From positions 198,651 to 262,650 of IMG/VR virus record IMGVR_UViG_3300029267_004162: DNA of 64,000 nucleotides, one strand, 5' to 3'. Below, piece by piece: positions 1 through 9,031 of this stretch (position 1 is its first letter; each line of letters begins with the position of its first letter). The notes under the pieces are model-generated. The model saw only the letters and a program-made list of their open reading frames with translations, did not search any database and was not told where the DNA came from. The position numbers were made by a program, and so were the translations under genes.

Positions 1-101
1 CAATCGGTCCCTTCCTTACTGTCATCTGTTTTGGGGGTATGACAAAGCAAAGACGCCGCGAAGATGCGCAACACACATTATGACACATAGCAAATCACCG
101 G

Positions 102-473
102 CTATTGTTCGTTACTACCTTCAACTCCGCGAGAGATACGTTCTGTTGTACGAATCTTCAGGTTCATCAAAGCAAGTTTAACACTCGTTAAAGCCTTCGC
201 GTTTGCTTCACAGGCGTATTTGCCTTGTTGAAACCCTTCTAAGCGGTCAATTACAACAGCCAATAGAGATTCATTTGTCAGACCGTTTGGACCGGCTTCT
301 TGAAGGGGACCGTGTTGGAAGTTAACGGTGACCCCCTGCTCTGGACTCATTTTAGGCCCCCAGTTTATATCGTACACATGACAAGCGTTTCCGGGACCGG
401 GTTCATCTATAACTTCAATAGCTATACTGTTTCGTTCTTCATCCGCTATGTGTGTGGTAATTGTCCGTGACAC
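102..473 (-). CDS. tad1: Tad1-family anti-Thoeris nucleotide-sponge protein
   Basis: 123 aa. GPGNACHVY...FQHGP...GLTNESLLAVVIDRLEGFQQGKYACEANAKALT...RTTERISRGVEGS follows the Tad1 pattern as I recall it (GPGGAYHEY...FQKG...[28 protein letters not shown]...R..RNVLGT). Confidence 0.8.
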   Translation of the reverse strand: MSRTITTHIADEERNSIAIEVIDEPGPGNACHVYDINWGPKMSPEQGVTVNFQHGPLQEAGPNGLTNESLLAVVIDRLEGFQQGKYACEANAKALTSVKLALMNLKIRTTERISRGVEGSNEQ

Positions 474-570
474 GACTCTTCTACCTCACCTTAAATGCCA
501 TTGTTAGATGATGGATCGTTCGTTCAAACTTAGCCATTATGGTCGTAGCCGCCAGCGATAAGCATTTGGT

Positions 571-1131
571 TCACTCCGGATCCGGTGGGGGTGAATTATT
601 AGGACGGGAAACAGGTGGTGGTACTGGCGGGGTTGGGGACTTGGGCAAGATGTTACCAAATCGTTTGGTCGGGGGGATAACGCTGTAAGCATCCAGGAAG
701 TCTATTCCTGTGCCATACAAATCCACGACAATCGCATAGGTCTCTGGATTTTCCTGTCGCCACTTACGCTTCAGTGACAGGGGTACGATCCAGAAATAAT
801 CCCTGTGATCTGCATTAACGGTAACAATTTGCATACCGTTAAAGAAGCTTCGAATGAAGAAACCGGGTGTTAATTTCTGGGGCCAGTCTTCCGGTGGGTT
901 TTTGGTGAGAGGTTTTATAGGTGTGGTGATGAAACACCCCCGAGGCTGGCCGGGTTCTGTTTCCTTGGTCACGTCTACTAACCAAAAGGCATTCTCTAAT
1001 TCTTTGATGCGGTGTTGGTTATCGTCTAACCAGATACGGTCTGGGACTGCGATTTTCCCCAGGGTGGCTGAACAAATGATGTTACCTTTTGTGGGGTTAT
1101 CATTGCGAAAAAACTTGATTACTGTTTTCAA
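571..1131 (-). CDS. hypothetical protein with Pro-rich C-terminus
   Basis: 186-aa ORF co-directional with its neighbours; no family recognised. Confidence 0.6.
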   Translation of the reverse strand: MKTVIKFFRNDNPTKGNIICSATLGKIAVPDRIWLDDNQHRIKELENAFWLVDVTKETEPGQPRGCFITTPIKPLTKNPPEDWPQKLTPGFFIRSFFNGMQIVTVNADHRDYFWIVPLSLKRKWRQENPETYAIVVDLYGTGIDFLDAYSVIPPTKRFGNILPKSPTPPVPPPVSRPNNSPPPDPE

Positions 1132-1140
1132 CGCGACACC

Positions 1141-1431
1141 TTACACTTTCAGAAGTGAATTTATGAATTCAGCAATTTCTTTTAACATTTCTAATAGCTG
1201 GCGAGAAGCAGAGGAATGGGCATCCTCTACGGAAGGCGAACTGGCTTCTGTGGTAATGAAATTATCTTGCCATATTTGGAGAGATAGTCTTACCTTATAA
1301 ACGAACCTATCTTTTTCTTTTTGTTGGCTAACGTTATACACCAGCTTCTTCTTTTTAGACAACTCCGTTGCGTCAACACCCTGAGTTTCCAAAAACCGCA
1401 TGACAAGATCTGGCCTGTACGCTCTCGCCAT
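1141..1431 (-). CDS. hypothetical protein
   Basis: 96-aa ORF tightly packed in the minus-strand operon. Confidence 0.6.
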   Translation of the reverse strand: MARAYRPDLVMRFLETQGVDATELSKKKKLVYNVSQQKEKDRFVYKVRLSLQIWQDNFITTEASSPSVEDAHSSASRQLLEMLKEIAEFINSLLKV

Positions 1432-1433
1432 AA

Positions 1434-2297
1434 CTAGATCCTATTCGTAGTGATATCTAGTATTTGAATGTCACCCACCAAAAGCAAATCCAGAATAGTG
1501 TTCGCTAGAGTGGGGGCTTGTTGACTGATTAGCGGTTGGATCTCAAACGAATCCACTGCTCCGGTACAACTAAAGGTTTGCACATACTCATAGTTGGGTA
1601 ACAATTCAATCTTTACTGTGCTACCTATAGATCCGATTACCCGAATACAAGCGGATTGGATAACACCCGCCAACCCGATCTGAATCTGGGCTCCACTGGT
1701 TTCATACACTGGACCAAAATCATTCACTACCAAAGTCAGATCGGTCGAAGAACTTAGGTGGTAATGGAAAGGCGGGATTTTCTTTTCCACCGCCTTGGCA
1801 GCATCAATCACGCTCAATTCTGTTGGTTGGACAATCCAATACCAGTCATCAGGGTCTGATCCAGAGAGCCATTGCATATGACCTATGACGAGGAACTCAT
1901 ACTCCGCCTCTAACAGGCCCAAATCTTGATAGGTCAAAATGTCCATGTTTTCATCAGACAGGAACCCTTCGACTATCATGTATTTGGATTCTGAGCTTCT
2001 TGTAGTGGTTCCTAGAATCGAGTAGGCCACAACCGTGAAGGAAGCAAGAGACCCTTTGCTGACAGTAGGCAACGGTAAAGTGATTAGTTGCTGTTCTTCG
2101 ATCACTTTACCAGAGGCATACATGTATTTGAATCCAACCGATTCAGAAGAGTGTACAACCAAAGTGCTGTTGTTGGTGTCTATCTGAATCGGTGGTGAAC
2201 GGTAGACACCTCTCGGAATGATGTGTTGCATCCAAGCATTTAGTTTGTTGAAGGGCATAGGGGATAAGAAATCCCACCATCTTAGTTGTTTAGCCAC
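1434..2297 (-). CDS. probable virion structural protein (baseplate/tail region)
   Basis: 287 aa, beta-rich. N-terminal W..P....LN....IIPRGVY resembles phage baseplate/tail-fibre N-termini; GTG start with AGGTAGGG upstream. Confidence 0.45.
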   Translation of the reverse strand: MAKQLRWWDFLSPMPFNKLNAWMQHIIPRGVYRSPPIQIDTNNSTLVVHSSESVGFKYMYASGKVIEEQQLITLPLPTVSKGSLASFTVVAYSILGTTTRSSESKYMIVEGFLSDENMDILTYQDLGLLEAEYEFLVIGHMQWLSGSDPDDWYWIVQPTELSVIDAAKAVEKKIPPFHYHLSSSTDLTLVVNDFGPVYETSGAQIQIGLAGVIQSACIRVIGSIGSTVKIELLPNYEYVQTFSCTGAVDSFEIQPLISQQAPTLANTILDLLLVGDIQILDITTNRI

Positions 2298-2448
2298 GGC
2301 TAACCCTACCTGTATTGGTTTTAACTGCTGGTGGTTGAATGGCCATATCCCATTTGGTTGGGGAGTACGAGGAAAGTAGTGTGGATCTTTGGGATAAACA
2401 AAGGTTGATACCCTCGGTCTAAGGGAGTGGGATAAACTCGTTTCTTTG

Positions 2449-4428
2449 TCATCCTGCGACCAAAGCCCAAAATGGGATTCTGGTAGTCAATGTGGTAATA
2501 CGAATATGAAAAACCTCATTGGCGTTCATATGAAGAATGGCTTCGCTGGGTAAAGTCCACCGTCTGTTTTGAACTCTGGCAGCGACTTGGGGGCAAGCGT
2601 CGGTAAGGGAAGTCTCCGGGGTACACGTATATTCTGTGGACCCGATACTGATTAGAACCTCCACATCAGTAGGACTGCGGAATTCTTGATCAGTGTTCAG
2701 AACGATGTATGGAGCGGAACCAACAGATTGAACTATCAATGGACGTGTTTGGTAAATTCCCCGAATCAGAGAGGTACTCTCTGGATCCCATTCACATCCA
2801 TTTCCACCCAACATAGGGTTGGTAGTGCAATCGAATAGGATGGTATCTTGGTCGTTGTGGAATTTCTGTTGCAGTGCAGAGATAATGGGGCGATCATCCT
2901 GTAACGATGCAATTCCACTGCCTCGGCTAGTTTTGATTGTGGCCAACCGTAGACCTGGGGGAGAAACTTCTTCGTTGAAAACGGCGAGGATGGTGTTGAT
3001 TGAAGGCCCACCTGTCCCAGAAATTGAGTCAACGCGAATCTTAGTTAGGGTCTTGAAAGTGTTGGTGCCTTCGACATACTGATCGGGGAAGTATCCTACA
3101 TGACTGGTGGGGGCTTCAGTCCATGCGCTAGAATCATTTAGGATAACCGTCTCAGATATGTTGGTACCAGAGGCATCAGTACCGGATAAGGTAACAACAA
3201 CATTGGCAGTAAAGGAATTAGTTTCCGCGATTCCAATTATCAATTTAGAGGGGAAGGGCAACTCAACGTTGACGGAAATGCCCTCCGGTACTTGAAAATC
3301 GGACAACAAAGCAACTTCTGTGGCCAAACTAGGTGTCAGTCGAGTTGTACCAGTTGAGTTGACAATGACTCCCATGTCCAAGGGGAAATGGACGAATTCT
3401 TTCGTGGAGTGAATCTGTTGAGTCAAATCAACGGCTGCTCCCTCCGAAATCACGACTTCTTTCTCGACAGGGGCTAACACTTCAAATTCTGTGGTTGTTC
3501 CGGGGATTGGTTTAACTTGACCCGCATACACAGTGGTATATTCGAATATGATATTGCTGCCCCCGGCGTGGAAAAACTGAACCTGTTTTTGAGAAGGCGC
3601 GAATGCAGAGTATTTTTCCACACCGCTCTCGGAAGTTTCGATGAAAGAGTTGGGGAAGTAGGACAGAGTGGCTTGTTTGAGGGCACCAACACTTTCGAAC
3701 TGGGTACTGGGGATAGTATCAGCAACTCGTTTTCCATGAAAATGTCTTTCCATGTTACCAACTACAATCCCATCACCGGTAATCAAATCCCAGAAACGCA
3801 AGTCATTTTTCAGGGTTAGGTCGTTGAAACTAATCGCATGCGGGTTAGAGGGTGTTTGTTCCCCCGTTCCCAAATCACTGCGGTGGGTGATATCAACCGG
3901 TGTAGCCCATCTGCGAATAGAAACTGTGTAAGACCCACTGAATTCAATTGTCCAAGAATCATCAGAGGCTATGTATGCCAAGACAGCGATTACTTCTTCA
4001 TTGGTTTCCTGGACATAGGAACCTATCGGAACTGTTTCGATTTCTCCGGTTCCAACGATCCGAGTTTTTATGATCTCATTGTAATCAGATAGCTGATCGT
4101 CCTGCTCTTCTTCAACAAATTTTGCTACCAGAAAATGATCGGCTTTGGTGCTGGGGAATGTGACCTCGGTAGTCTCAAATGAATGGAGGTTACCATTCTC
4201 AAACAGAACAGTCCCCGAGTGAACGATGACTCCCGTTAAAGACGGATTGGGTTCAACATAGAAGGGGCTTTCCAATTGAGGGACACTAGGATTATCCGGA
4301 TCGATGATTCCAGGAGTAGAGAACTCGGTGGTCCGATTGATTAATTCCCCCTCGATAGAAGATTGGAGAAAATGAATCAAGTCAGAAGTGACTCTGATCC
4401 CGACTTTTTGACAATTGATTCTATCCAC
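2449..4428 (-). CDS. probable virion structural protein (baseplate/tail)
   Basis: 659 aa, acidic, Thr/Ser/Gly-rich beta-type composition; lies in the late operon. Confidence 0.45.
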   Translation of the reverse strand: MDRINCQKVGIRVTSDLIHFLQSSIEGELINRTTEFSTPGIIDPDNPSVPQLESPFYVEPNPSLTGVIVHSGTVLFENGNLHSFETTEVTFPSTKADHFLVAKFVEEEQDDQLSDYNEIIKTRIVGTGEIETVPIGSYVQETNEEVIAVLAYIASDDSWTIEFSGSYTVSIRRWATPVDITHRSDLGTGEQTPSNPHAISFNDLTLKNDLRFWDLITGDGIVVGNMERHFHGKRVADTIPSTQFESVGALKQATLSYFPNSFIETSESGVEKYSAFAPSQKQVQFFHAGGSNIIFEYTTVYAGQVKPIPGTTTEFEVLAPVEKEVVISEGAAVDLTQQIHSTKEFVHFPLDMGVIVNSTGTTRLTPSLATEVALLSDFQVPEGISVNVELPFPSKLIIGIAETNSFTANVVVTLSGTDASGTNISETVILNDSSAWTEAPTSHVGYFPDQYVEGTNTFKTLTKIRVDSISGTGGPSINTILAVFNEEVSPPGLRLATIKTSRGSGIASLQDDRPIISALQQKFHNDQDTILFDCTTNPMLGGNGCEWDPESTSLIRGIYQTRPLIVQSVGSAPYIVLNTDQEFRSPTDVEVLISIGSTEYTCTPETSLTDACPQVAARVQNRRWTLPSEAILHMNANEVFHIRITTLTTRIPFWALVAG

Positions 4429-4439
4429 AATAAATCTGC

Positions 4440-4706
4440 CTATGTGAGTTTGTCCGACATATCATAAATCCGAATATCAGAGACAGCGAAATCGATAGCA
4501 TCTCCGACGATGTCCAGGTTTTCTCTAGTTACCCAATCGGAAAACTTGTGTTGTGTGTGGGCAATTTCATATCGAATGGTAGCACAAATGGGGTATCGTT
4601 TGGCTATCGCTTCGAGGATTATGCGTTTTGCATTTCTTTTTCCGCCTGCATCACAATAGAAAAGCCACCTGCACCCATCGTTTTCTGAGCAGTATCGTTT
4701 ATGCAA
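4440..4706 (-). CDS. hypothetical protein
   Basis: 88-aa ORF overlapping the upstream stop codon. Confidence 0.5.
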   Translation of the reverse strand: MHKRYCSENDGCRWLFYCDAGGKRNAKRIILEAIAKRYPICATIRYEIAHTQHKFSDWVTRENLDIVGDAIDFAVSDIRIYDMSDKLT

Positions 4707-5670
4707 TTTCTACTTCCAGTTGAGCAGGCTCGAAGTTTTCATATACCGCTTGCAACAAAATACGTCCTGGAATCCTGCCTCTCCCCTCATATGTGAAGGT
4801 GCCTATTTTACGGAGTTGTAAAATTTTGGGGTCTGAGGAGGTTACACTCAAAGGTATGGCATCTTGTCGGCCCGTTAAAACGAACTGGTGTTTGGTGCCA
4901 GTCAGAATAGACTGTGGGCCTGACCACATTGGGTTCCCGTCTAGCCCGAATTCGACAGGGACTTCGGTTATGGGGGCTTCACCCAGATTGACATAATCAA
5001 CTTGTTCGAAGAATAATTCCAGTGTTCTCTCTCCCCAATGAATCTGAGAGAAGGATGCGCGAACTTCCTCTCGACGATTGATAATGTCGCTGGGTTGAGT
5101 CATCTTGGGGAAACACAACTGCCAATTTTGTTGCGGGCTCAGGATTCTTCCCCCAAAGATCGCGGGGATGTATTTGGTGATTATGTTATCTGCTAGGTGG
5201 CCCAGATCTGCCATCACTGATCCGGAATGGGCTGTAGTGAACAGGATGCAATTGACCTTATAGGCACTACGAAAAGCCACCTGAGCCCTTTGGACTATGT
5301 GCCGGTTTCTTTCAAAACCAGTATTGAGATCCGGCTGTAACACAGGAATCCCCAGCACAAACTGAATAGCCGGGGTGATCTTCTCTATTTCCTGGTTGTG
5401 AACTCGGAATTGAATCTTGACTTCCCCCATGTTTTCATCTGCATCCGTAGCGTAATTTGCTAGGTTGGGATTGGCTTTGATGAAAGTTCGGTGTTTCCCA
5501 GATTTAGACAGGAATTCCCCGAACAGTTCCTCTAAGATAATCTTGAGGGTTGCTAGGGGTTTGCTCTGTCGAGGGGTATCTGCAACCAGTGCTTCAGTTT
5601 TACTCCGGGGAGTGTCGGAGAAAGGGATTTTGAATCTGGCAAGGTTGTACGGTGTTGCGTGACTAGCCAT
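4699..5670 (-). CDS. probable structural protein with C-terminal Ig-like segment
   Basis: 323 aa. C-terminal SVTSSDPKILQL...G...G...L.A.Y resembles a bacterial Ig-like (Big_2) fold. Confidence 0.4.
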   Translation of the reverse strand: MASHATPYNLARFKIPFSDTPRSKTEALVADTPRQSKPLATLKIILEELFGEFLSKSGKHRTFIKANPNLANYATDADENMGEVKIQFRVHNQEIEKITPAIQFVLGIPVLQPDLNTGFERNRHIVQRAQVAFRSAYKVNCILFTTAHSGSVMADLGHLADNIITKYIPAIFGGRILSPQQNWQLCFPKMTQPSDIINRREEVRASFSQIHWGERTLELFFEQVDYVNLGEAPITEVPVEFGLDGNPMWSGPQSILTGTKHQFVLTGRQDAIPLSVTSSDPKILQLRKIGTFTYEGRGRIPGRILLQAVYENFEPAQLEVEIA

Positions 5671-6301
5671 TCGTCGTGCTCTCGTTCGTTGGGTCAGGCC
5701 CCGACCATCCAGCGGTCGGCGTTAAGCCAACCCTAAACTCATGGAGGTTCTGTTCTAAAGCATGATCGCCTTCAATTCGATTTGCGTAATACAGCATGCA
5801 GGATGCGAAAAGTTCCAAAGGATTCCCCTCGTACGCAACGATGGACAAATCCTCATGACCCTTAAGCATGAGTTGCACGGCCCATTCTGAATCACAGTCC
5901 CCCTGGCTGTATTCGTTTTGTCTGCCAAAGTAGCTCCCCTGTTTTCCATAGACGATTTTGGCCACGCCATATTGTAGAAGCTGAGCGAAACAACGGTGAC
6001 AGGGGAATCCGGTCACATAGATAGTCGAACCTTCCAGATTGGACCCGTTGGCATTAGCAAAAGCGTTTTCTTCTGAATGGGTAGAGAAGTAGTATTTGTC
6101 CGGCCTCTTATCCCAAGGAATAAGATCATCTCGGCAACCTCGGGGTGCTCCATTATAGCCAAGGGTCAAGATACGATTTTTCTGATCAACGAACACACAC
6201 CCGTGTTTCGTATCTGGGTCGGGAGACCGCATGGCCACCAAAAAAGCCATCGTCATGAAATAATCGTCCCATCCAGGCTTGTCCGTGAATTTCTTATTCA
6301 T
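5663..6301 (-). CDS. dCMP deaminase
   Basis: WDDYFM..A.LVA.RS.DP.TKHG, LGYNG, HSEENA and PCHRC zinc-deaminase motifs. Confidence 0.92.
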   Translation of the reverse strand: MNKKFTDKPGWDDYFMTMAFLVAMRSPDPDTKHGCVFVDQKNRILTLGYNGAPRGCRDDLIPWDKRPDKYYFSTHSEENAFANANGSNLEGSTIYVTGFPCHRCFAQLLQYGVAKIVYGKQGSYFGRQNEYSQGDCDSEWAVQLMLKGHEDLSIVAYEGNPLELFASCMLYYANRIEGDHALEQNLHEFRVGLTPTAGWSGPDPTNESTTNG

Positions 6302-6624
6302 TGCGCAATTATCCTCTTGATCAACCTTGGTACTTCTTTTCGGGCGAAGACTACCAGTTTGTGAGAATCAACATGGAGAGATAGAAACACGTCCAGGCAA
6401 AGAAGCAACCAGATCAGGCTTTCCTCTATTCGCCACCCTCTTCGAAATGCTCTATAGCAAGAGATTGTTTGCGTTTCCGTGGGAAAGGCTTTGAAATTGG
6501 CCTTGAAGTGTTCCGTAAACTCTTGTAAATCTTGGCTTCCGATACTGTGATAGTAAGATTGTACACACCCCATCATCGGATTAGGTGATGTCGGTAGCGA
6601 AATCCTTGCTCTTGTCATTACCAT
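6298..6624 (-). CDS. hypothetical protein
   Basis: 108-aa ORF overlapping the dCMP deaminase start. Confidence 0.5.
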   Translation of the reverse strand: MVMTRARISLPTSPNPMMGCVQSYYHSIGSQDLQEFTEHFKANFKAFPTETQTISCYRAFRRGWRIEESLIWLLLCLDVFLSLHVDSHKLVVFARKEVPRLIKRIIAQ

Positions 6625-6647
6625 TTAGTTTGAGAAAGCACCCATTT

Positions 6648-7157
6648 CTATTTACCTGCACGAATTGATGACCCAATGACCCTAAGATTCTCTTGTTGAA
6701 CTTGAACTGCTTGTCTACTAGAAGTGAGGTCTTTTGATATCCTCTCGATCATTTCATACACCCCCCGCATTCTTTCCAAGAGAGTAAGGGGTTCTTTTAA
6801 AATACCCCACAAAGCGGCTTCTCTCGTTTCATTGTTCCGAAACTTAGTAAACGCTTCTTTGTCATAGATGTATGTTTTGGCGCGTTGGCAAAGAATGTTT
6901 ATTTCCGTATAAGCGATGGTTAGCCGGGAGTATACCAATCCAAGTCGAGACAATCTAGCGGCCCATTCTTGGATGGTTTGGTTGGCCCGGCGAATGGATT
7001 TCTTATTGGGGTCTAAAAGAGGAACGTCGATTTGACCATATCTAAGAATTTCACGTTGAATTTCTTCTATGTCAATTTTCTTAGATACACGTTCAACCCG
7101 TCCTATAATATTGGCGATCCGGGGGTCCACTCGAATAGAGTTTAGGGCATCTTGCAA
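6648..7157 (-). CDS. helical/coiled-coil protein, possibly a UvsY-like recombination mediator
   Basis: 169 aa, all-helical, with a K..NNETREAAL segment reminiscent of UvsY-like proteins; assignment uncertain. Confidence 0.35.
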   Translation of the reverse strand: MQDALNSIRVDPRIANIIGRVERVSKKIDIEEIQREILRYGQIDVPLLDPNKKSIRRANQTIQEWAARLSRLGLVYSRLTIAYTEINILCQRAKTYIYDKEAFTKFRNNETREAALWGILKEPLTLLERMRGVYEMIERISKDLTSSRQAVQVQQENLRVIGSSIRAGK

Positions 7158-7280
7158 GAGGGGCTCCTTATCTGCTGGTTTTATAACGAATGACTGCCTA
7201 ACCCCATTTTGTCTAGTCTAACTAGTTTCTGTTGGGTTTTTGTTAGGTAATAGGGGCTCTCCTTGACTTCTCAGGAGGTC

Positions 7281-7309
7281 TTGACAAACTGGCTGTTCTC
7301 TGCTATAGT
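7281..7309 (+). promoter_or_regulatory. sigma70-type promoter (extended -10)
   Basis: TTGACA (7281-7286), 17-bp spacer ending TGC, TATAGT (7304-7309). Confidence 0.75.
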
Positions 7310-7344
7310 AGATAATAGAGAGGGTTGAACCCCCATCTTGCGTA

Positions 7345-7373
7345 TTGACAAAACAACCCCGCCATGATATAAT
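7345..7373 (+). promoter_or_regulatory. consensus sigma70 promoter (extended -10)
   Basis: TTGACA (7345-7350), 17 bp, TG-n-TATAAT (7368-7373); AGGAGGT RBS at 7381 before ATG 7393. Confidence 0.9.
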
Positions 7374-7392
7374 GGGAATAAGGAGGTAGGAA

Positions 7393-7752
7393 ATGGCAAA
7401 ACCGATACGAAAGCGAAAGCAGCCCGCCCCGCGTGGGACATCATCAGAATTGTTACACATCTTGACACTCGTAGAAGCGCTGTCTAACACGGATCTTCGT
7501 CAATTACCAGAACTGGCGAACGGAGTCGTCAGAGAACAAATGGTCAACCGCTCTAAGGAATTGACCAGCTTTATACACCGCAAAGTGAAATGTCACTTCG
7601 AGGGTCGTAAAGAACTACTCGACGCGGAATTGATAGCGGTGGATTCCGAAACCGGGCGAGTGTTGGTGGCGTTTGACGAAGACAAAGCTACTGTTGGTTC
7701 TGAAGACGATGTGTACAAGGTTCCTTCCACATGGATAGAAACCGTTTTTTAA
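7393..7752 (+). CDS. hypothetical early protein (helical N-terminus plus SH3-like barrel)
   Basis: First ORF after the tandem promoters; strong RBS. Confidence 0.75.
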   Translation: MAKPIRKRKQPAPRGTSSELLHILTLVEALSNTDLRQLPELANGVVREQMVNRSKELTSFIHRKVKCHFEGRKELLDAELIAVDSETGRVLVAFDEDKATVGSEDDVYKVPSTWIETVF

Positions 7753-7765
7753 GGGAGGATTCGAG

Positions 7766-9031
7766 GTGGCAAAGAAAGTTACTATCCAAAGTATTCTTCC
7801 ATCAATCTCCAAATGGATGCGCCAGGAGTATAACGTCTTGTTTCGGGGAGACCATGGGGTAGGCAAGACATCCGTGATACTAGAAGCCGCGAGAGAAGTA
7901 GGTTTGCGGCTGAAGTATTACTCCGTTCCCACCATGGACCCCCAAACACAATTCATAGGGATACCCTATCCTGAAGAAGTGCCCGAGGAGCAAATTCTGC
8001 TCGCCTCCGCCATCAAAGCACTGGAGAAGATCAAAACCAAACACACCTCGTTCACACATTTGGCCAAGGCGCTGGGCTTAGTGAAAGGCACCCGTCAATT
8101 GCGGTTCATTCGTCCCCATGATGTGGACGATGCAGAGATTATCTTCTTTGATGAAATCGGGCGTGGTCACCCCCGGATTCTGAACGCCATGTTTGAGTTA
8201 ATCCAGTTCGGCTCTCTGAATGGGGAGAAACTTCCTAACTTGAAGATGATTTGGGCAGCCGGGAACTTTGGTCGAGATTATGACTCGGTTGAATTGGACC
8301 CGGCGTTGGAAGATAGGTTTCATATCCAGATTCAACTAGAAGCCAACCCTGATCGAAAGTGGATGACCGAAGTCGCTGGGATTACCCCAGAAATCTCTCA
8401 GGCTTTGGTTGAATGGTGGCGAACGCTTGCCCCTGATGCTAAACGCCTAGTCTCACCCCGGCGATTGGAATACATAGGTCGGCAGTATATGCAGGGCGTT
8501 CCCCCAGATCAAGCTCTTCCGCCAAATAGAGTACCAGTCGCAGCCCTGGATGAATTGCTGAAACAGATTTCTATCGTCCCGAGGGTCGTTCAGGCGTTAG
8601 CAACTCCAGCGGGATTCGGGGAGTTGCAGGCTGAGTTTCTAGACCAAGTAAAGGCCATGAAGCTTCGTAACCAAATTGAGGCTATGAAACCTAAGGATCG
8701 CAAACCGATTCTGGATGCGCTAGCTGTTTTGCCCAGTGAAGTGCTCTCTGGGATCATCAGGACTAATTCGGAGATCAAAACAGAGGTAGGAGAAAACATC
8801 GCCGATCTGCCTAATCTGCAACAAGCCCTAGACAAAACCGGAGATTTGGCGGGCATCACTAGTTCCATAACTGCCGATTACTCGGGTTTAATCACTGAGC
8901 CTTCCTGGTATTATGTCAGTCCAGGAGAGCGACACGGGGGTAAATTTGGTTGGAAAAACGGGGACACTGTCGTTCGGGATAAAGAAGAATGGAGGGCGAA
9001 CAGTGGCTCCGCAATTGCTAAACCAATTTGA
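7766..9031 (+). CDS. MoxR-like AAA+ ATPase
   Basis: Walker A GDHGVGKT, Walker B IFFDEIGR, WAAGN, LDPALEDRF arginine finger, SPRRLE sensor. Confidence 0.85.
   Translation: MAKKVTIQSILPSISKWMRQEYNVLFRGDHGVGKTSVILEAAREVGLRLKYYSVPTMDPQTQFIGIPYPEEVPEEQILLASAIKALEKIKTKHTSFTHLAKALGLVKGTRQLRFIRPHDVDDAEIIFFDEIGRGHPRILNAMFELIQFGSLNGEKLPNLKMIWAAGNFGRDYDSVELDPALEDRFHIQIQLEANPDRKWMTEVAGITPEISQALVEWWRTLAPDAKRLVSPRRLEYIGRQYMQGVPPDQALPPNRVPVAALDELLKQISIVPRVVQALATPAGFGELQAEFLDQVKAMKLRNQIEAMKPKDRKPILDALAVLPSEVLSGIIRTNSEIKTEVGENIADLPNLQQALDKTGDLAGITSSITADYSGLITEPSWYYVSPGERHGGKFGWKNGDTVVRDKEEWRANSGSAIAKPI

Noticed and set aside
2298-2452. Programmed frameshift joining a 43-aa ORF to the 287-aa structural gene
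   Set aside because: The downstream gene has its own GTG with an RBS-like sequence and no clear slippery site
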